A DNA stretch of 62,251 nucleotides, filler included, from Sluysia triapertura (taxonomy: Eukaryota): NCBI GenBank assembly GCA_046118255.1. It is 4 parts of 4 records of this genome, joined end to end, with 100 filler letters (N's around TTAATTAATTAA, not from the genome) between each part and the next. Parts side by side here need not be neighbours in the genome. Positions count along the whole stretch, not along the records: positions 38,049 to 50,418 come from JBJNIA010115863.1; positions 50,519 to 62,251 come from JBJNIA010175474.1; 2 more parts are not named here. One strand, written 5' to 3'. This document shows positions 38,049-51,199 of the stretch, in pieces (position 1 is the stretch's first letter; each line of letters opens with the position of its first letter). Below the pieces are notes generated by a model. The model saw only the letters and a list, made by a program, of their open reading frames with translations. It did not search any database and was not told where the DNA came from. A program made the position numbers and the translations under genes.

Positions 38049-40634
38049 TTTCATTTAGGACATTTTAACTCATAATCTCACAACATTAGAACTACAATTT
38101 ACATCTTAAACTATCAAATATACATATTTAAAACTAATTCTATACATTTTCAAGTTCCAATATTCTATATTCAAACCTTACCTTCTTTCAAAATCGTCAA
38201 ATTATATTTAAAAATTCATAAAAAACACTTCCAGTACATGCCTTACAACATTAAAATTACATTCAAGTTCATATCCTTAATATACATTAAAACCCAGCTA
38301 AAACATTTCATTCATCATTTCACAACACCAGAATTACAATTACACCTTCAAAATAATTCAAAACTTCTCAAATTCATATGATAACCACATAGGAATCACA
38401 AGCATTTTCAGAAGTAACAACTTATAAATAAAAACTTCATAAAAACATATTATTCACAACGCATAACCTTAAAGGCACAACATAATCCGTAAAAGTAGCC
38501 TAAAACTCTATAAGTTCATAATTCTTTAATTCTCATCCACACTAAGAAAATCAACTATATTAAGATAATTTAAATATAGAAATACAAGAACTAAAAGAAA
38601 GATCTTATGTTATTATCATTTTTAAAAGATTTATGCGGTTTATAATAAAAATAATAATAATAATAATAACATTATTGTTATTATTATTATCATCATTTTT
38701 ATTTTATTTTATTAATTTTATTTTATTCAAATAACTAATTTTATTAACTGGTTATTACCACTATCAATGGTGACATTGTTGGTTTCCATGTATAGATTGC
38801 TGTCATCATTGGTAGTGGTTGATCACTCAATGTGAGACATTTTTCAGTACATTATTGGTAGTCCACCCAGAGTAGCTCTTTTTATTATTTTATCACTCTG
38901 GTTGAACAACGGATGAGGAGAGTTTAACAGTATTTACTCATTAGAGCTATCAATTTTATATAGTTAAAAAAATTTAACTTGACATTTAACAGTTATTCTG
39001 TATTTTATTGTTATTCACTCATCAATATCGTACATTCGCCTTATACTTATTCTTTGAAACAATATTGAGATTTAATAATTTGATATTCTAATAGTAAAAA
39101 AACAGAATAAGATAACTGACTTTAAAGATTTAATGTTTCATAAAAATGTTCAACGAATTAAATTTAGATAGTCAATTGGTAATTAATGATAACGGAGACA
39201 TCAAGTTTAGATTAGAAGTTCTTTCTGAATCAACAGATGTTGGAATTAAGGATAAAGGAAATGTTGAAATAACTATTATACGATAGTATGCTACAACTGA
39301 TGCCCACAAAGTACAAATTCAATTCAAATATAAATGGTAAAATAGATGTCGAAATATGCGATTTAAGTATTAATTCATTAGTTCTAGATGAAGATGATTT
39401 TATGTATGTCCAATTTGGTGACACTAAAACTCTAGAAAATAATATTCGCTTTGTTGGAAACATTGTTAATCGAATCCAGGAAGATTATTTAAGTATTTTA
39501 CCTTATTTTAGATATTTTGAAACAACTCTGGAACAATCTGATTTACAGGTTTAAGAAATTTTATTTGAGGACAACAAGAATGTTGATGTTCTAAAAAATA
39601 TTAGTGGCGAACGAAATTGCGCAAAAGTAAGCAAAGTCATTGTAGATGAACATGTATGTCATAGATTCAATTTACAGTTTGAAATATATTTATATATAAA
39701 AAATTATATAATGTTATTTGAAAATAGATTTAAAATTAAGAAAAAAGATTTCGTGAGTTTGATGTAAATTATCAAAAAGATGATCCTCAAATTATTGATT
39801 TTAATAAGACAAAGTGATTATAATGAAAAGTGGTTACAAATTAAGTTTAGTAATAATGACTTATTCAATCAGTGTTATTTATTTGATAAAATTTATACAA
39901 AAGCTACATTCGAATTTTTGCTAGATAATTTCATAATGTATCAAATAAAAATCGAATTCAACATAATCGATTACAAAGGTGTCGATACGAATCTTTGAAA
40001 TTATTAGGAGGACCAGAAATAATGCAAGAATATTCTCTAAAAGAGAATATCATTCAATTTGATGTTAACATAATGCCATTAATCCGATCAGACTTGGACA
40101 ACAAATCACGAATCATGAAGTCCGGCTTATGTCTTTGTGCAACGACTCAAGATGGAAAATTTGTAAGATATTACAGCAACTATTGGTTTGTACAAAATGC
40201 AGCTGAATTCACGGACTTCTTTTTGACTTCGAACTTAACGAACCATATTTCTAGAATAAAACAAATGATGTCATCATTGGACACAAAGCCATCCGATAAC
40301 AACAATCATGTTGACTCAAAAGTAATTGTTAATTTTAACCTGATTCATAACTTTATTATTTTGTTTTCTCTGGAATCTTCTACGAAGTGAATCCAAAACA
40401 AGCTCGAGATAACGTAATCAAAAAAAGAACTTTAATATTAAATGTTTATTTTTCTTCTAATCATAATAAAAATTTTGTTAATATTTTCGTGTTTCTTAAC
40501 GCTACTAAATTTCTAATAAATTTAAATAAAAATGTTAAAGCATTCTCGTTACTGCAATATATAAAATTATATTCTCTTAGCAATATGATAAAATTAAATT
40601 TTTTAAATATTATAAATTATTTCATGTCACCACA
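38049..40634 (+). mobile_element. Gene-capture cassette, unit C (5' end lost in gap)
   Basis: A/C-rich tract, AAT repeat, IR module 38757-38910 homologous to unit B, cargo 39146-40400, ending GTCACCACA at 40634. Confidence 0.7.
39146..40390 (+). pseudogene. Intronless, disrupted gene of unknown family (cargo of unit C)
   Basis: Chain of coding-like frames from ATG 39146 (39288-39554, 39780-39998, 39995-40390) with in-frame stops and frameshifts. Confidence 0.6.
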
Positions 40635-40657
40635 ATAATAATAACAATAATAATAAC

Positions 40658-40717
<60 letters not shown>

Positions 40718-40718
40718 T
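40635..40718. repeat. (AAT)n microsatellite
   Basis: Seen directly. Confidence 0.95.
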
Positions 40719-41273
40719 GTAATAATACGTGAAACTGAGTCATTTATAAATCTACTTTGTTTAAATAAATTTATTACATTCAAACAAGAACAAACTGAGA
40801 GGTTTTAGAACAATTTACATTGACAATTTAAATACTATTTCATGTTATGTAATTCTAACGTTCCGTTCAATATTTAAAATAATTTATAATTAGAAATTAA
40901 ATTCATCCAATCAATTATAATACATTCATCCATATATCGTAAATTATGTATTTAACTATTCATATTCATTAATTACATTACAGAATTATAATTTAATTTC
41001 AAGTTTCATTTAATTTTATAGTTTACTTCTTCAGTATTGTACATACTTTATAAACAAAACAAATATCTAAGACAAAGTTTGTTCTCCTATTCTTTCTTTT
41101 ATAAATATCATTAGCGCTTTTTCTCTTCTTCATTCAGTTAATCCAATAGTATCTGCAGGCACATATGACATTTAAGTAAGCAAACCAATGAGTAATTTTT
41201 TAATTAATTATTTAAATTATATAAGGATAATATTTTTATTTAATTTAGTTACTCATAAAATTGTGATACTATT

Positions 41274-41584
41274 TTAAACCACAGTAATTGGTAAATCTTC
41301 TTTTGTATCTTTACTACTTGGAGGCGACAACAAAAGTTTGTTACCATGAATATAAGGAATAGTATTATTACTAATACTGTTTGTACTTGTATTATTATTG
41401 GTATTTATGTTTAATTCTGATGTTTGTTTATCATTTGCCCAGTGTTGTTCCTCACATGACCCAAACCATAAATACATAGACATGGAAAAAAACTGAGTTA
41501 CTGCAGCCAAACAAAGGGCTATTAACCAGCCATTACCATGGATATTGTGAACAACTAATGATGCAATTACTGTACTTCCAATAC
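41274..41584 (-). CDS. Terminal exon of an SLC17-family MFS anion transporter (VGLUT/sialin-like)
   Basis: Pyrimidine tract plus catcag acceptor. GWLIALCLAAVTQFFSMSMYLWFGSCEEQHWA matches the SLC17 TM12-SGExQxWA motif. Confidence 0.8.
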
Positions 41585-43286
41585 CTGATGTAAAAAAATA
41601 AAATAAAATAAATTTCAATCACTAAATTATCTACTGCTTATAGTAAACAATTTGTTATTTAAAAAAATTTTATTTAATACATTTTTTATATTACAGTTCA
41701 ACTGCTACTTGATTGATGAAAAGCATTCTTGAAATTGGCATATCGTTTATAATTTTGATTTTTATATCTTATTTATTAATAAACTATTTTGTAAAATTTT
41801 AGAAAATTTAGTAAATATTAAATTACTGTTTTGAAATAAATTGCTTATAAAAATGTTAGATTAATTTAAATGTATATTTAAGAATGTTTTAATTATTTGA
41901 ATATTGTAATAATATAATGTTTTAGTGTCAGATAATATCGAATACCTTTTAAATTAAAAATATCATACATTCATTTTGTTGTTCCAATTTGAAATCCTTT
42001 GTTTTTCTTTACACAATGAAAAGACAATTACATTTAAGCAGTACATTTAAAAATTTATATCCTTTTTTATATTGATAAATTTTAATTTAAAAAATGTAAA
42101 TAAATTATCATCCTTATACAACTAATTTTATTTTTAGATATTGGACTTAGTTCATTATACGATTATTGAAGGTTAAATAAAAATTTTAAATTTCATAAAG
42201 AAATTTTTTATTTTCAAGTCTATTTTACATATTTGTGGACATTTAGAAACCATGATGAATATTTCATTGAGACTCCACAGTGATAATAAGCTAGGTGATA
42301 AGTTGTATACCATTTATGTTTAACAAATAACAATCAGCTATTATGGATGCAATAGTTATTTCTTAAGTTAATCATTGATTTAATTAGTTACTTTTTAAAT
42401 TATTCTTCGGTACCGATGAAACATGTAGATCTTCCGAAAAAGTTATGTTATGGGCATCTTTGGTAACTTCAAAATATCTAATATCCTTAACGTTATCCTT
42501 AATATCTAATATCCTTGACAATTTCACTGTTAAATTCATAAAATCTATGTAAAATCATTTTACTTTTCTTTTTATAATTTGATTAAAAAATTCTTTTATA
42601 TCTTGATAGTGAATCACTAAAGAAATCATTGTCTACCATAAACATCTTTTAACATATACAAAAGTTCCACTTTTTTAGATCATTAAAATGCCTTTAGTTG
42701 ACATAATATTAAGAATATATTTAGTAACTTTAAAATCTCTTATATTTTAAATTAACACAATATTATAAACATCCCTTAAATCAAAATTAAGAATAATTTC
42801 ACAGTTAATTTCATAAAAACAAACATAAAATCTTTTTTACTTTTATCTTCTATAAAATGAAACTCTAAATAAATGCAAGAATATCTAAAATATGTAAACA
42901 TCTTTTAAAATGCTCATAAATACATCTACAACTACTTTAACAATATTATCGAGTAAGTTCTTAACATTTAAATCTACGCAAGACGTTGGAATTAAAATAT
43001 CTTTACAAAAAGATCATTATACATAAATCGTTTATTGTAAATAATTCTGAATGTTAATTATTTATTTCCAAACAAGTATCGACTTGAAGTTTTAATTAGT
43101 TAACGAAAATTTTTTTTAATCATAAAATTTTCAAAATAAACTTGACAATAATTTAGTACCGTTTTGCCTGCTATTATGATTGATCTATGAATCTATGATA
43201 TTGTGTGTTTATAGATTAATTTTATAAAGTATATTGTGTATTATTATCGATTATTTATTAATTTTGTAATTATTTTGTAAAGTTAT

Positions 43287-45672
43287 TGTGGTGGCCAACC
43301 TATTACTTTTAACAAATTTTATTAAAAAATTTTATTTTGGACATTACAAAATATACAATAAACATTTTTACAATTCATTAAAAACATTTTATACATAGTT
43401 CTAAGTCAGTATAATCAAAACCATGTGTTTCAATATCATACTCACCCTCAAAATCTACAACTCACATTTTTAAATACTAACATAACTATAATCACACAAT
43501 TACTTCTTACAATGTACTAAATCATCAGCCATAATTTATCTTCTTTACATTCACTAAACTACTCTTTTTGAACATAGTTATAATTCACAATCTTTTTACA
43601 TCCAAACATTACGTTCATTCAAACACCAATATACATTTATAATCCATTTCAAACATTTATATTATTTCAAAATACTTAACACCTAAATTTATCTTCACTT
43701 AAAACTAGTAAACAGCATTTAAAATACATATTAAAATGTTTTGCGCATTATCTTATAACATTAGCGTCATTATTACACCTTAAAACCTTATTCAAAATCG
43801 TAACATTAAGCTGTAACATCACAAATTCACAATTCTTTAAGGCTCGTCTGTTTTAATAATTTAAATATGTTCAGAAATATTTAAAGAATGTTTAAGGAAG
43901 CTTGTGTTGTAATTATTCAAAGATTTTATGCGTTTTATAACAATAATAATAATAACATTGTTATTATTATACTAAAGTTTATTTGATTCATTTGGACTGA
44001 CAGTTGACTGGATGTCCAATTATAATCATAATTTCACAAAATCTTTGTTATCTTGAACTGAACATCCAATCACTACGAGCGATTTATAACTGGCATGAAA
44101 AAAAATCATGATTGTTCAAAAATCAGAAAATAAAAAATTTTTGTAGAATACGTTCTTAAAAGATAAGTTAAAAAATCAAGTTATCAATAAATTACACTAG
44201 TGGTAAATTAAAAAGCCAGTTTCATGTTTGTTAATAATTTAAAAGTTAAAAGAGATCAGTGCAATTAAAAGTTAAATTAGATCAGCTCAATCAAAATTTA
44301 ACAATTTTAAAGAACAAAACTTCGTTATAAAACGTTAAATAATTATTACAATGTTAAGTTTAATTAAATATGCAAATTGTAGACGTCATAATCACATGAC
44401 ATGATCACTTATTATCATTATGATTATATATTTTAGTGCTTCCACTACTATTACAACTACTACTTCTAATAATGCATCTGTTTTACCAAAAATTAAAATC
44501 ATGCCTGATCCCGAGGATAAGTCATTTAGTCATGAATTTAATGAAGATAATTTTGAGTTAGATGTTAAAGAAATTTATGATTCGAAACATTCGACAAGAT
44601 CAACAAGCTTCACTAGTAACAAGTTGCATTCATGTATAAATAACTATAAAAAAATGATAATAGATACAATAATCAAACTGTATATGAACTTGAGTATAAT
44701 GTCAAAACTGATTTTATGATGGAATTTAAAAATAATATTTCTTTAGATAAGTTTGTTAGTTATCAATCATTTTATGAAGATCAAGATGAAAATATACAAC
44801 CTATTACAATTCCAGAACTAAGAAGCAGATTGATATATTAAAAATTTTAATGTGGTATCATGGCGAAGTCAAACTTCAACTTGTAAAAGAACTTAATATA
44901 CCCCATAATGAAAATCGTTGGCTACGTTACAGTAACTCGAAATATGATTTCCCTAGTATCATTAAAGTTATAAATTTTAATCGTAAGCAACGATTTATTA
45001 TTACCAAAGTCAAACGTAGTAATATATCTTTCAGTAGATAAAGATCGTAATTTTGGTGCTAATGAATTACAAGTTATGTCTCGCAAATTCAGATACCGAA
45101 ATGGTAGTATGTATCAGCTTAATCAGAGTTATTGTTCAACGTTCTTATCAAACTCATTTTATAAAAGTTCTAATGAAACAATTATGAATAAGAACCTGTT
45201 TATTTGTCAAATATAAATACAGAATACAACCATACCAATTTTTATCCTTTTGGTTTGTTATTAAATGATATTACAGAAGGTAAAGCACAATGCCCTTATT
45301 AATCAAATGCTTTTGGAAAATGTACCATCTTTAGCAAATTTTATAGTTTTTATCACAATATCTTTCAAATTAATGGAGATGATCATGAAGCTGATGAACA
45401 TAGACAAAGACTGGACAAACTATTGTTATTAATAAGTTCAAATTATCCGTACAGTAAGCCCCAATTCAGTGATCTTTAGAATCTTCCACATTACGAAAAC
45501 ACTAAATCTTCCGTGGTAAATGATCTAATACTAAATATAACTTTCGTTTTTTTCCTATGATCACAACTTTTACCTGTATTTATTATATTTCAGAACTTCA
45601 AAACAGAATCCTATAGCAACATTCAAAAACATAGACACCAACAAAATTAACATAAATTTTTCTATTATTATA
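43287..45672 (+). mobile_element. Gene-capture cassette, unit D
   Basis: GTTAT|TGTGGTGGCCAACC start, homologous to unit B. IR 44006-44021 with 44056-44071. Candidate end TTATTATA|GTTAT gives a 5-bp TSD, but this end is uncertain. Confidence 0.6.
44437..45530 (+). pseudogene. Degenerate SH2 plus tyrosine-kinase (Fer/Fes-like) gene remnant (cargo of unit D)
   Basis: WYHGEVK...RWLRYSNS is SH2-like. Downstream YPFGLLLNDITEGKAQCPY and LLLLISSNYPYSKPQFSDL resemble kinase subdomains IX and XI. Confidence 0.55.
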
Positions 45673-46599
45673 GTTATAAATGTTACTTATTGTATGTTTA
45701 GTAATAAAATCTTATGTAATGTTTTAATCTTTTATTTATGCGATGAAATTTTATTTTGAATTTTTTAAAGGCTAAATTTAATAATATCATGTACGTTTCT
45801 AATTTTGGTAAAGATAATTTGCACTTTTGTTATCGTATATGTTTAAATTTAACGCCCTATAACATAAAAAACATAATCATTATAATGTCAAAACAACTAA
45901 TTCCAAATATATATCATCTAAAACTAATAACTCCAAATATGCAATACCTAAATTGTTTATTATAAATTAAGTTTTATACTTTCACTTTATTTTAAAACAA
46001 AACGAAGTCAATTGAATGTATAATATTACATATAATTTAGTTATTAGAAAAATATTTAAAATCTTCAGAGGGTTATGTACTTGATTTGTGAATTCAAATA
46101 TTGAAAAATATTGGTAATGAATGAAGAGAGTATAGATTGATCTTTATTTTTATCTTACATTTCTATTGACCAAATCCTTGTGCCTATATTGTTTTTATTC
46201 TTATCAAACTATATTGATAAAAATGACAAAAGCTGATTATAACATTAATTTGATAATATAAATTTTTTAATAATTTAAGTTATAAACTACAATTTGCAAT
46301 TATTCCACGTTTGATTACTAATTTTAACTTTTCTTTTTATTTGTTTATGTATATGTATTTACTGTTAAATAAATCTTTTATTTATTTTTTACTTGGGTAA
46401 GTCTAACTCAAAGAATAATAAGTCACTTAATCAGTTTTAAGAGTAATTAGTAAAATAAAGTTTAAAAACATTAAAATCGAATATAAATTATCCGACATTT
46501 AGATTGAAAGAAATTTGAACCGAAGTTTATTATTAAATAATGTTAATCAAATTAATAATTAATAAACAGAGAATAAATCAAAAGAGGTGAACAATTTAT

Positions 46600-47500
46600 A
46601 TCCAATTACAGTTTCATTAGATTCACCTGTAAATATTCATAAGGACTTCTATTCTACCAGCTACACAAACACACCTAATCAAAATCTAAAACATCTTGAT
46701 AATAATACCCTAAGCACAAGATTCGTTTTGTGCGACTTGATATTATTCACCTTACTATCTTGCCTTTAAACTCAATTATTATTAAATATTTTAGATCATT
46801 TTCAAAAAGCAGTATGATAGTTCAGTGATAGCGACTCGGTTAGTCAATATAGCACACATGGAAAATATTATGTCAGTCTCAAATAAATTTTTAATACCTA
46901 GAACGGTAATTTCAATAGTAGGATTAAAAACAATAATAAAATTACATAATATAGAAAAAATATTGAAATTATTAAACAAACTTCTAAATCTTTGATAAGC
47001 CATTCAAATTGATTAAACAATTGTGTTAAACCGTAGTACACATAGAAATAATATTCAGTCGAAATTGACACTATATGAACAGGTCCCACGTTGTAACTAC
47101 AATTAATTAATTAATTATTATAATAATTTTCATATTATAAACTATTATTAATTGTAAGACTTTATGCACTATTCATCTGAAGTGATAAAACCGATAAAAG
47201 CACAAAAAAAACACCATGATATGATAAATTGAATTAATTTAGAATTAGAATTTAATTAATATCAACAATAATAATACTATTTGTAAATTGTTATGTACTG
47301 ATGTTTGTCAGTAGATAAGGTTTTCACAAAATTAAGTAAACTTAACATTAATATTTATGCTAAATAATTTAGCAAAAATTCCTGAATTCAAATTATTCAT
47401 TTTTTCAATGATATACATCCATTTTTCCTAAGAAACATGCACATTAGTTTTAACAAAGCAATGATGTAACAAATGTTGCTATGGTAGTTGAACTCTAAAG
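46600..47500 (-). pseudogene. Possible decayed multi-pass membrane (7TM-like) gene
   Basis: Overlapping hydrophobic broken ORFs at 46791-47089. No clear motif. Confidence 0.25.
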
Positions 47501-48448
47501 TTTACAAACTGTAATAAATAAAAGATTACTAGTAAAATTCAAAAAGTTCTCAAAATTTTATTATTGTTACTTTCTAATTTAGATTGTTTAAGCCAAAACT
47601 ATAATAAAATAAAATTTAAAAATTCATGGTTTTTATAAAATTAAATAAAACATAATTTTAAGTAAAAATAGCAAAATAAATGATTTTGATTTTTAATTTT
47701 TAATATTATATTTCATTTGTACATAATGTTAATAAGTGAAAAATGAGAAGATTCTTAGTTTCTTAATTCTTAGCATGAGTCCCCTATAATTTTAGACTTA
47801 TACACTTAAGGGCTAAAATTATAGGCAATATTAAGAGAAACGATGGAGGTATTTGAATAGAATGTTTTGATATTTCGATAAGAGGATAATTCAACAAATT
47901 TAAAATGCGGTAAAATCAAATTTAAATAGACTTCTTTAATACTTTGACAAGAGGATAACTCAACAATTTTAAAATTCTTTATAAAGTGGAATCAATTTTG
48001 AGCTTCTGTATTCAACGTATCTTTATGTAAATCTGGAGTAAAAATTCAACGTTCTTTAACAAATCTATATTGTGAATGTTTTAAACTATAAATTTCAAAG
48101 ATTAAGTGGATTTTACGTCCGTATAAAAACGGCGTCCCTTAATTACTTTATTCTTTATTTTAATGATTTTATCGTAAGATTTTTCCACCGAATAAAAATT
48201 TATCAAATATAATCATTAATTAAAATAAAATATATTAATTCGAATAAAATATATTATTTAAAATTTATACAACATAAATTATGTTACAATACAAATAATA
48301 AAAAGAATGATAAAGATTTTGTATGATTATGATATAATCAGATTTACAACTTTTCCACCTTCTTTTAAAAAATGGGAATAAAAAAATAACTGGAGTTTAA
48401 AATAAACAGTGAGCTTATAAAACAGTCAAAGCTTACCAAAAAAAATAA

Positions 48449-50418
48449 CGTGGTCAATATATAATTTATCTAGCTGTAATAATAATTGGCTCCTCTTGTA
48501 GCAAAATTTTTAAAAGATTTTCTTCTTCTGTTATACGAATCACTTGAAGAACGTTTGATTTTAAAAGATTTTTAAAAAGAAATGCTGTCTAAACAACTTG
48601 TGTGAGATTTATGTATTTTATGCAGTTTATATATACTTTAAGATTAGTCCTTGTATGGAGGTAATGTTAAAATACCTTTCTATGGAGGTATGTTGTAAGT
48701 TTGGAAATTCAACATTAGCTTTGTCGTCATGCGACTTAGTTGTAGCGTTATTGAAGTAAATGTTATAAATGGCCTTTTGAAACTTTTGATCTTTGTTTAA
48801 TTTAAAACATTGCTGATTTATTTTAATGTTGGTATGAGCTAAGTCTATTATTATATCGTGTAATTTACAATTTAGAAACAAATTATAATAACGAAATGAA
48901 TAAAATGATACATTTATTAAAATTTTGTATTTTATAATGTAATGGAAATGATCATTCGCGTGCTGGATCAACTGTGTTTCTCTCCACATAGCTCCGGTCC
49001 TGTTAGGCATTGATCTATAAGTAAAACAAAAAGGTATATAATATATAATATAATCGGAATTGATAGATATATTGTTAAAGTGAAATTCATTACCTCGTAG
49101 GCAGGATGTCTCCCGGAAACCTCCGATCAGCTTGCTATCAGTAGTCCTCCATGATTGTTTTACTTTGTTCGCGAGTGTTACATCGACTGCATCATCTTTT
49201 TCTAATTTCAAATTATTTACATACGTTGTATTATTTACATCATCTCTATCTTGCCTAGTGCTAATCAAGAATACTGAATCATCTTTATCGAACTTTACAT
49301 CATTTATATACATTGCATTATTTACATCATCTCCATCTTGCCTGGTGCTAATCATGAGTACTAAATCATCTTTATCGAACTTTACATCATTTACGTGCAT
49401 TGTATTATTTACATCATCTCCATCTTGCCTGGTGCTAATCATGAGTACTAAATAATCTTTATCGATAATTTGAGCTTTTGTTTCTAGATTAGCTCGTCTT
49501 GCCATAAATATATTTGTAGTTAGATCGTAGAAGATTTCTAAAACTTTTGCTGTAACTGAGAAATTATTTTTATTTCACACAGTAAGAAAATTTTGTGGTA
49601 TAATAGTTTTTGCTAAAACTATCTTTTTTTAACTGTTGCTTTCGATTATCGAGACAATTGATTTTGATAATTGAGACTGTATAATTCACTAATATTTTGT
49701 TTACAAGAATTTTCAATTTCTCTTTTACTCGCTGTGTACCGTGAACTAAGATGTCTGCCGACTTAATAATTATTGTGATGAACAATTTGTGTCTGACTTT
49801 TTTGAGATTAATTTTTTATTTTTTACCTATAGCTGTTAATAATCTTTTTTGTATTGAATCATTAAGACAAGAATGTCTGTCTATTAATTTATTGGTCGTT
49901 ATTTCTGTCTACTAATTAATAAATTTTCGCTTGCCAGCTGTTTTATTAATGGCTGGTTTATTTGTCTGTATCACATATGGATTTCATAAATCAATATGGC
50001 TGATTCATAATTGCTTGGAATGTGCAATAACCAATGGCTGGTATTGATTTTTATTTTAACCATGTTTGCCAAATTACAGCATTTTACCAATGGTTGGTAA
50101 TGAATAATAACATTGTGTGTCTGCCCAATCAGATTCGTTGTGATTATGATAATGTGGTAATAGTCTGATTGGGCGATGTGCATAACAAATGTATTTGATA
50201 TTGTTAATTATTACGTCACCATATTGATTTTTATGTTAGCTAGGATTGAATTTTGGTTAGTCATAATAATAAATAGTAATAAGAATGAATAATAATAGTA
50301 CTATTAGTACTAATGAATAATAATAAGAATAATAATAGTAGTTAATAATAATAATAAAAGGAGATAATAATAATAATAACAGTAATAATAAGAGAAATGA
50401 TAAAATGATAATAATAAT
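48449..50418 (-). mobile_element. Gene-capture cassette, unit E (5' end lost in gap)
   Basis: AAT tract 50260-50418. IR GCCCAATCAGA with TCTGATTGGGC (50123-50174). Cargo ORF 49505-48627. The end gataaattatatattgaccacg resembles the unit C end ataaattatttcatgtcaccaca. Confidence 0.55.
48627..49505 (-). CDS. Hypothetical 292-aa ORF with three 29-aa tandem repeats (cargo of unit E; may be a pseudogene)
   Basis: DKDDLVLMISTRQDGDDVNNxMxxNDVKF x3 (87-bp DNA repeat, ~49190-49463). Confidence 0.4.
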   Translation of the reverse strand: MARRANLETKAQIIDKDYLVLMISTRQDGDDVNNTMHVNDVKFDKDDLVLMISTRQDGDDVNNAMYINDVKFDKDDSVFLISTRQDRDDVNNTTYVNNLKLEKDDAVDVTLANKVKQSWRTTDSKLIGGFRETSCLRGNEFHFNNISINSDYIIYYIPFCFTYRSMPNRTGAMWRETQLIQHANDHFHYIIKYKILINVSFYSFRYYNLFLNCKLHDIIIDLAHTNIKINQQCFKLNKDQKFQKAIYNIYFNNATTKSHDDKANVEFPNLQHTSIERYFNITSIQGLILKYI

Positions 50419-51199
50419 NNNNNNNNNNNNNNNNNNNNNNNNNNNNNNNNNNNNNNNNNNNNTTAATTAATTAANNNNNNNNNNNNNNNNNNNNNNNNNN
50501 NNNNNNNNNNNNNNNNNNGTTTTGTTACCATACAACCCTGACATTATTTATTTATTTATTAAATTTACTGTGCTATGTCATATGATGTTTCAACATTTTT
50601 TAAGTAGACATGATACTTTTCTATTATTTTGTTTTAATTTAAATGCAAATAAAACTTTAATTTATAGGTTTCAAATTTAATCACAAAACAACACCAATTT
50701 TGTATCAAAGGAATTTATAAATAAATTTTATTTATTTTTTGGTGTCACTTTAACATTTTTTCAATTTTATTTATTTAAAACAGTTTCTTATAATTTTATT
50801 CTTGTAAAATTATATGTTATCAGACTTATGCCATAAATTCATTTAAATTACTAAATTCAATTATTATTAATTACAGTCTAATAAATTATCAATAAAAATA
50901 TTATTTAGATTAGTTTTTTCATTGATTAAACAAATTAAGGTATAGTAAAAAGAATTGAATAATTTTAGTTTTTAATAGATTAAGTTTAAAGGCTATTGAA
51001 GTTTGTGTTGCAAGAAATAGTCTAAACTGTGTTAATTTAGATATCTATAGATGTGATGTATAGTGCATGTAAATAATTTACATTAAATCTTATAATTACA
51101 GCAAAATAAGATGTAACCGCGTTTATATTCTCAATTAGTAGAGAAGTGAACTGGTCTTTATAGTAAATTTTTAATCACATTTAACCCTATGATCTATAA

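Noticed and set aside
49132-49455. Plus-strand 107-aa repeat ORF
   Set aside because: Antisense shadow of the 87-bp tandem repeat.
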